Source of the DNA: Acanthaster planci
Lineage: Eukaryota
Direction: 5' to 3'
Length of the DNA stretch: 64,000 nt
NCBI RefSeq assembly: GCF_001949145.1
Contig: NW_019091359.1
Location: 400,021-464,020, forward strand
Below the pieces are notes generated by a model. It saw only the letters and a program-made list of their open reading frames with translations. It searched no databases and was not told where the DNA came from. The translations under genes and the position numbers were made by a program. This document shows, one piece after another, positions 55,901 through 64,000 of this stretch; the first letter of the stretch is position 1; the number at the start of each line of letters is the position of its first letter.

Positions 55901-56566
55901 TGAAGGGTCCCGTAAGGCATCCGACGTGATAACAAGAAGAGTAAGAAGATGAGAATGGATCACGAAATTAAATGTTTCGAACACTTCACTGATTAAAGAC
56001 ACCTGTGGTGTCCTTGTGGTTCAAGGTAACAAAACGTCTGTCGGTCGACATGCCAGGGTCATTGCTCAGGCTCGTGTCAAGTAGAGGTCGACATTAAGAG
56101 TCGATTGCTACGCAAAATGCTTTACCAATCGGATCACAATCATCCAACTTTCCCATTGGAGCAATGAACAGGAAATTTGCATTCCCGTCTTGTAGGAGCC
56201 GTGCTCGGCAGTTTTTTTTGGTGTTTTTTTTGTACGACAACCATGTTACAACCTTCGAAAAGTGTGCTTCAACTTACCTTATTTTTCATTTTTGTTTTCC
56301 CGTTTGGATAAGGTAGGCTATTTTGGTGCCTTCTTGGTTTTCATGCTAATTTGAATTTCCATGAGCAATATCGTGCTGACATTCCAGGGAAACAACCGAA
56401 GTACTGTATTGATTTGTGGACAAAGAAACACTACAAGAACTTTGGAAATATTGCCAATTTGAACTTGCTTGTCTTGGCTGACCCAGCAAAAACTTCGCTT
56501 TGATTGCGTGAGAACATGGCAATGCGTCAGCCGCTCGCTTTTTCAGGAATTTGTCAATGTACATTT

Positions 56567-56658
56567 CGTGTTGGCCAATCACAATGCGTGAAATCTGTCG
56601 ACCCAATGCGCGTTTGAAAAGGGTGGACAGATTTCGCGCGTTGGGATTGGCCAACGCG
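56567..56658. repeat. 38-bp inverted repeat with 16-nt loop
   Basis: 56567-56604 matches the reverse complement of 56621-56658 at 33/38. Three of the five differences are CpG/TpG transitions. Confidence 0.9.
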
Positions 56659-58029
56659 CTGCAAACTCTTGGAGGCGCACTATTGTGAATCGCCCGTATT
56701 CTAAATGTTTCAAAAAGTGCCTTTTACAACACTCTTCACCACAGTAGGAAGTCTAATTGTTTTCATGCGATGAGAGGAATATAAAGTTATGAAAAAGTTC
56801 ATTTAAGACAATTTTATCACCTGAACTCTTTTTAAATGTTGACCACACCCTTGTGACGTCACTGATCAAAAGCTTTAAACGATAGAACGTGTTGTGTGAA
56901 GGTTGGAGCTGAGCGTACGGATGCTCAAATTCTGCAGAAACCTGAAAAGGCTCTTACAAAATGTAAGGATCATTTGTATACACTTAGCATCGTAGCCAAC
57001 TTAAACAGTTTTTTTCTTAAATTCCACTGACATAATCAAGCCTGCGAGAGACATTTTGCCAAGGTTAGGGTTGTGTATTCACAGTAGACTGTTTCGAAAA
57101 GAATCCACTCTTGGATTTTGAGTCATCCAAATTCAGAAGTCTGTGTAAAAAAACACTACTTATCGCCGAAAGGTTAGGGAGAACGTGTTTTACGGATTCC
57201 CCTCCTCCCAGTTGTTGGGAAGCAGCGAGCCTATCATCGCCACGGTCTTGTGAACGTGATTACACGCAAGACAGCCAGAGCAGCGTTGTCTATTCTAGCA
57301 CTGCCCGCTCAGATTGCTGGTAACCGTTAGTAAGCAAAAATTGTTGGGCCTCCAGTAACTACAGAGGCCTTGTGAGTGACAGGCGGGGACCGACAAAATG
57401 TGTGCATGATAATGATAATCTAAAGAGAGTTGGAACTTAAAGAAGCTTTGCATCGTCAGTACCAAGGCGGAAAATTTCAGGAAATTCGGGAATATTGCCA
57501 AAGTAGATTTAAACCATGGTAACTTGGTGGCTCTGAGCCCTTTTTTGCTGAGAAAGGCATTGGCACTCTGTCAGATATGTCGGTAACTGAGCTACAAATG
57601 AATCAGGGTAAAATCTTTTTTAAAGATAAATACGCTGATGACATGAGTTCAACTGAAACACTTAAAGTTTGACAAGTGAACCCTCTGGTTGAAACAAGAA
57701 GATATTGTTATCGTCAAGTTATCGTTTGCATTCATAGTAATTTCAGACATTGTTCTGATCACACATCATTCCAATCTTTCCAGAAATTCGGCCAACGTAT
57801 TAAATTTCGTGAATATTTACTCATCGCTGATCATTTTCACATTTTGGGATCTATAAATGGATCCATTTAAAAATCATGATATCTTACACAAACAACTCAA
57901 CAGTTGCCTCCAGTGGTACAACAGAGGGCGGTAGACGACCTACATAGTTCCCCAGCAATATTATCACTCTGTTCATGGACTGAGAGACGAGATTCCCTAC
58001 GCAGTAATACACACGCATATACTGTGTCG

Positions 58030-58204
58030 TAATCCCGAAAAGCACAGACAATAAAGGAAAGATTTCTATTATGAAAGTCTGTTTCTTTTCCGTCTCGTCT
58101 CTCATCGTGTACCAAAGATACCCACTAGGGTAAAATAAAAGTTTATTGCCGCAAAATCCCACTTTTTGGAGGTCGCTTCGAAACAAAGACACCGCGTTGC
58201 GCAT
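58030..58204 (-). pseudogene. Possible THAP relic
   Basis: FCGNKLLFYP..LW.TM shifts into RRDGKETDF..SFIVCAF..DY (ORFs 57884-58204 and 57897-58115), similar to the W..RRD.G..F...VC-HF pattern but lacking the His. Confidence 0.33.
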
Positions 58205-60253
58205 TGAATGGGCTTAATATTATTGAATAAGTCTATCCCGCACAGACAAGGCAAGGCCTGCTCCCCACAGTACTATGCATTCGTCTGCTCCTTTCTTTAT
58301 GGTAAAACTCAGACGCCATGAAATGTCATGAATTCCGTCTGTGCTAGTCACGTAGTTGGGATCAGATCATCTTTCAAACTTGTCATTTTTTACTTCCTGA
58401 GTCGTAATGATCTCACCGTATAAAGTACACTACAAGTGCACCTAGAGGGTAGCCCTCTGATATAGGATCTGATATAGGATGACTGCTGTTTTGGCCCGGG
58501 GAGCCTTACACACGGTAATTTGATAAAATATGCATTTTTTTAATATTATGGAGTGACAACGAAAGAAGTTGGGACATTTTCTGACAAGAAAGTTATTTGC
58601 CATTTAAATTTACAGGCCTGGCTGACTGCTGGTAAAAAAGAGGGCCAATTAACATAATTGGAAATGTCAAAGCAATCATTCAGTTGCAAAACTTTATAAA
58701 ATGTTTGTCATTAATATTTTCATTGATATTAGGTATAGGCCTACTTTTGCCAGAATTTCAAGTCGATATCGACTCCATGCACAATTGATGTTTCAATGTA
58801 AACATAATGTTGTAGACAGTTTTTATGAACTCAATGTTAGAATTTCAATGAAAGAAAAAACCTATTTCCATTTTACAAAAGAGAACAAAAGAAGAAATAA
58901 AGAAACAAAACAAACTAAACAAACATTTAAAAAAATAAACAAAATTAAAAAATAAATGTTACAGGTGAATTTGCTTGAAGTCGTACTGCACTATCGCAGT
59001 CTGGATTTCTACATGTGACAATATAAGAACTTTGGTATAAAGCTTCAAATGGTCCTGCCAACGGGGAATGAGTTCGCTCATTATTTATAAAATATTTTGC
59101 CCAAATTTTGTATGTGAAATAACCTTGACGAAACCAAATCTCGTCACCGATACTATATAATCATGCTAAAATTCCACTTCTTACAATTGGAGCATATGTT
59201 CTTAAATACCCGTCTATCATGGCCAACATACAATCTTTCAAAAAAAAAGCAGTTTACGTTTTGAAAAATAATGCCCAACACTTTGAACAAACCATGCGGT
59301 CTGCAAAACTGATCTTCTCAAAATATTACCCAAAGAAAAAATCACCCCCAAGCTCGTGCACTAAATGTGGAGTCTGCGTACCCTGTGATATTGACAATGG
59401 TTTGAAGGCGGAGAGAGAAAAAAGAAAAGAAACCGCAGTTATATCAGATCAGTCGAGCGACAGTAAATCTTGCCCCGCGGGCTTGAAGCGAGCGTGAACC
59501 CAGCAGGCCAACGACGAGACACCAAGGGCTTCCTTTCCACGCGAACAGCGCCGTAGAAAAGTCATAACGGCGGGGTTCGATAGGCGGAACGCTAGACCTT
59601 TATCGCCGAACGTCGAAGGGCACTCGTTGGGGTGAGACAGGCTGTTGTACGTCGCTGTCACCCGGAGAGCTGGCCACACCTGAACACGCTAAATTGTAAC
59701 AGTTGCAAAATGTCTGTATACCAGGAAAAACACCGTGAATAATTGATCCTGTCACTGCGCAATGTTACCGATACATTACCAAACCGTCGATATATCATAA
59801 TCTTTACAGTGTTTTGAATTTATTTTGGAAATTTATAAGAAAATAAGAGCGTTGGAAGATGTTTTATCAGCCAATTTGAAAACGGTTTTGTCGGGTCTCT
59901 TATCAAATTCTTACTGAAATCTAAAGCTGTAATTCCTTATAATAAATATTTCAAAATCAGGAAGAGCATTTTGTGTAGGTATTTGCTGTACTCAGCTTAC
60001 ATGTAAAATATAATTAATAGATAGCTCCATTTGCACCTTGCTTTCCAACTTCTTAATGTATAACGTGTTAAGACCGTGTGTATCTTGTGTAAATCAGTTC
60101 CTCCATGTTGGTAATGTTCCCTTTATTTTTAGCATCTTATGCAGACACAGTTGTGTTTCCGACCTGACAATGTTTGAATTCTGTTTATTTATTATTTGAA
60201 AAGTATGAGGCAAATTCTCCCTCAGAAAGAAAGATCCTCGATGCGCATGTATA

Positions 60254-60445
60254 ATGTCTCGACGCGGGCAATCATCATTTTGTCTGGCCGGCCGGTGCAT
60301 TGGTCGAAATATCAACTGTCTCCATTATGGACAGCTTCCCCCAATCAAACGCAGTCAGATTTCACCCAAATTCAACCAGAAAGTAGTTCCATACACATTT
60401 CCTGTAAAAAACAACTCCTCTGCCACAAATGAATCAACGTTTCAA
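60254..60445 (+). pseudogene. Possible THAP relic (N-terminal half)
   Basis: MSRRG..FCLAGRC..SIH-FPVK..LLCHK*IN, with TGA at 60430-60432 where the THAP Trp is expected. Confidence 0.42.
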
Positions 60446-60949
60446 GGGCGTGAACACTATGGGGAAAGTCGACATTGAAACTGGAGTATTCCGGGCACGC
60501 TGACGGAAGAAGGCTAGCCAATGTTGAGCAACTGATTGAATAACGTATGCATTGCCATCCAGCTTGCGCTAGCCTACTGCTTCTTTTTAACTAGCTGTTC
60601 GTGAGTTTGCTTTTGCTCTGCTAACACACGTCTTTTTGGAACAGTGCCTGTTATTCCTATTAGTACATATTTGAGGACGTTTTCAAATCACAGGGATTTT
60701 TTTATAAAAATATGGAACCGGAACGAACGTTGCGTTCATTTACTTCAATAAACTGTAAAATGAATAGCAATCTCAACATTTTACAATTACTTCATTCAGT
60801 TTTGTGTTCCTGTAGTAATCACACCAGCCTTGCGTTTCGAGTCTTGCAGCAAACACTGAATAATGTGAATATTGCATGCCTGATGCATGATAGAATCTAT
60901 ATAACATATCATTATAGTACAGTATTCACACCATGAACCTACTGTCAAG

Positions 60950-61440
60950 ATGATGGACGACGGTAATTAGGGTAGCTGGTACCCGCCAGCTGGTGCTCAT
61001 TCTCTGTGCCTCCGGCACTCTGGTGTCGCTTTAGGGGGCTCAGATGGCCAGAGGGCCGTTGGGGGAAGACGGCAGAATAATCTGGTGAATTGGCTTGGTC
61101 GAGATCGAATGTTTCTCGTGCAATGATCTGACAAGATCTCACAATGTGTCCACTCGTCGATGGCTCATTCCCTCGAGTGCCAAACGGGCTCACAAACGGT
61201 CTGCCGCAATCTGCAGAATGCCCGTATCCGAGACTTTAACTTCGTACGAGCATTTTGCAGAGTCTGTGCTCCGCTCTGATCGATCCTTGCAAGGGCCGAC
61301 AATGTAATCTTCACGGGCCGGTGACCGGCAACTATGCCTCTGGGGTCCCGGGACCGGTCGGATCGCGAGCGCGGGGCAAACCTATCTCCCTCAGGTGGCG
61401 GCCTCTCACTCTGATGGCGCCAAAAAGTTGTCGCCCGTAA
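60950..61440. promoter_or_regulatory. GC/CpG-rich non-coding block, candidate cis-regulatory module
   Basis: CpG-rich with no credible ORF; contains the palindrome ggtcccgggacc (61344-61355). Confidence 0.28.
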
Positions 61441-62148
61441 ACCGCTAACATGAAAAGCAATGTATCAAACCTATACGGTGACAGAAGTGGGTGTAGAATG
61501 ATACCAACGGACATGCATTTCTAGGTCAGGGTTGGCTGCCTGGAGTAGGCCTATAAAGAATTCTTCCTCTCCAAACCATGCAATTTTCTAAAAAAAACAC
61601 AAGTCGTTATTATTCATGCAATAAACATACCGAAGAGGTGTGTTTTGGTGGGTTTGAATTCTCGAAGTTTACGTAAAGGGATAAAGTTTTTAAAATGAGA
61701 TTTTGGGGGGCCACATACATGATAGTATCATGTCTGAAGACAAGTACTGCCAAACAGATGAAAAGTGGACAGTTGAAGCCCAGATGCGATGTCAAGATTC
61801 CAAGACGGACGCTGATTAACCCTAACCCCCTGGGTGTATGTAAAAATCATATTGAAATCGGAGGATTGAGGACTGTGAGGAAATGGACTGGAATGGAAAG
61901 GCATTGTACAAGCTTTTGTACATGCTTCGACTGCTCTGCGAATTAACGCCAAAATGGAACCTTTCTAAAATAAAAACAAATCAAGCAAACTAAACTCTGT
62001 TACTAGCTTGATCGATGTCTGAATTACGACCAAGTGTTTTTGAAGAGCAATTAATGCCAGTTGCACTGTCATCGAAAGCAACATGGATTTAAGTAAATTT
62101 TAAGATAAACGACCTTAAACATGACCTTCCTCGAAACTTGTATAATCA

Positions 62149-62337
62149 GAAGTCATGCCTAAAATGTCTAGAAATCGGGGGGAATGCTCTGTTTTGGGGT
62201 TTGTAATGTCTTCTATGTTAAGTGTGGCCACCCCAAATATAAAACTGTCTGGTTTTGTCATCATGCAGAAGAAGCGAAAAGGAAAAATTGAGATGTCCTT
62301 AGAATGGCCGTCCACGTTTGGGTGAAAATGCAGGCAT
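62149..62337 (-). pseudogene. THAP zinc-finger relic
   Basis: ATG at 62337 begins MPAF; then SKDISIFPF, DDKTRQ..IW, VATLNIED..PKTEHS and ISRHFRHDF across frames. About 63 codons with THAP landmarks at roughly canonical spacing. Confidence 0.65.
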
Positions 62338-64000
62338 CACCAGTTCACAGTCGGGCGCGAGAAATCTGTATGAACGGCGCGGTAATGTTTTCAACACGTG
62401 ACGCCGCGTTAGGTGACGGAGAAAACGACAGGCCTAATTCTCCCCCCCCCAAAAAAAAAACAAAACCAAAAACACCAGGTGACGGTCGCTCGTAACAATA
62501 TCCTTGCTGGTAGCAGCCACTTTTTTTTCATTTGTTGGGGGGGGGGAATGGCCAAAGATCGCAACGCAACTAGCAAAAAATGACTTTTCCCTCCCTTTCC
62601 GGCACGCGACATCATCCGTCATTTATATTGCTTTTCCAGACAGACCGGAGAGGATAAAACGAACGATGCTTCAAACAAGGATGGCATCGTGTGAGTAAAT
62701 CATGAACATTGGGCTAGGATGTGCAGTGTGAGTGTTCCACAAGTTCTTACTTCTTTTGATATCACCTGTTCAATACAGACGGTCTCGCGGACGTCCAGTG
62801 GCAGAAAATGACTGTGACTCTTCGTGGGGATGTAGGCCCTACCCGCAGAAATTTCTTGCAGGATGGCTGCTTTGGCTGATGTATTCATGCAAAGCAAGCT
62901 CATTAATGTGTGACTTAATTGATCAGACCCTATTCCCATTATGCAACGGCCATCAGGCCTACTTTCCTGAAAAAGGGGAAAGGGTGTGTGAACTCTCAGA
63001 GCAAGTCATGCATATCATTGCGACTTGTATCACGCTGCCCATAGACTAGGTTTGGAATTGGGTTGATATACTATTCTATTGTTATCACACAGCTGCATTT
63101 TAAGAATTTGTGAAATGCATAACATTTTCGTGCACATGGCTCGATCTCATATTGTTTCCGTAAAAATCAGTTCACCATACCGACCATTTCGTGACAAAGA
63201 TTCCCACTGAAAGCTGATATTAAACACGAAGAATCTAGTCAAAAAGATTCTTCTGAACATTATTTCAGAGTCAAGAATAAACAAGCATTTCTGGAGTTCT
63301 AGTTCTTTGCCATGGCAGGTGTGTTTATACAACATCCCAAGGAAGAGAGACGCAGGCTACGCCTAATGCGTCGTTGAGGCCGGTTAGTGTTGTTCCAGAA
63401 TCGATCCCGTTCGATCCGAGTTTCCCCTTCCACTCGCATCCCATGGATTTTTGTGCTGGTACCCGCTTTTGATTAAGTTACACGGCACGTCAATTTGCTC
63501 GTGTATCGCATACAAGAACAATTTGGTTGGAATCGATGGGGGGAGAGCGGTCCATCCAACAGCAGGCCGACCAGGGAGAGCGAAGCAGAGAACCGTTGCA
63601 TGACAAGGCCAGACCTTCTCACCAGGTCTGTGCTCATAGATTGTCAGCCTTTCTTTAATAACTTCATTAATGATTGTTTTTACAAATGTTGTCTCCGTTT
63701 TGAATCCTGACATAGTTTTATTTTAAATCTTTATGCAAAAGATGTTTGAAAATGGAAATAACAGACACATTTGAATATCTTCCGTCAGATGCTTTTGGAA
63801 TGTCTTGATAAGAACATTTAATGGCGACAAACATCGCTGTATGTCTATCAGGAAGGCTTTTGGGGTTAATACTCTGTTTTCTCAGACAACTAGTAACAGT
63901 GAATGAGGATTTCATTATCTTTTCTCGGAGATTAACACCATCGATGAGGGCAATTTATGACCTGCTTTCGATTTTTGGCGCCGGGATATTTTTTTACTTG

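Noticed and set aside
61817..61828. TAACCCTAACCC telomere-like repeat
   Set aside because: Only two units.
1..64000. CRISPR array, operon or other prokaryotic system
   Set aside because: No regularly spaced direct repeats and no gene-dense organisation; the sequence looks like metazoan non-coding DNA.

Overview
Eukaryotic non-coding DNA from a draft assembly (two N gaps). Recurrent TACATGTA/TAGGCCTA octamers and the MITE styles suggest a marine invertebrate, probably an echinoderm; this is inference, not a taxonomic assignment. I find no intact protein-coding gene, tRNA, rRNA, snRNA or CRISPR array, and the long ORFs at 21.5-22.6 kb are artefacts of the N gap. The window contains: (i) non-autonomous DNA transposons, two with clear TIRs and 8-bp TSDs (10968-11746, 52739-52928), a nested element at 28-3076, and an inverted pair of CACTG-type MITEs (257-605, 42996-43322); (ii) a likely degraded LINE reverse-transcriptase fragment (3960-4660, minus strand); (iii) about eight scattered, frameshifted THAP zinc-finger-like relics of apparently different subfamilies, plus weaker candidates, none next to a recognisable transposase; (iv) many CpG-rich blocks of 0.2-0.9 kb that may be cis-regulatory modules, some with strong hairpins. 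I cannot support a claim of a novel biological system. The THAP-relic density, the promoter-motif-rich MITE and the hairpins are the best leads. All alignments were done by eye and need HMM or alignment confirmation.
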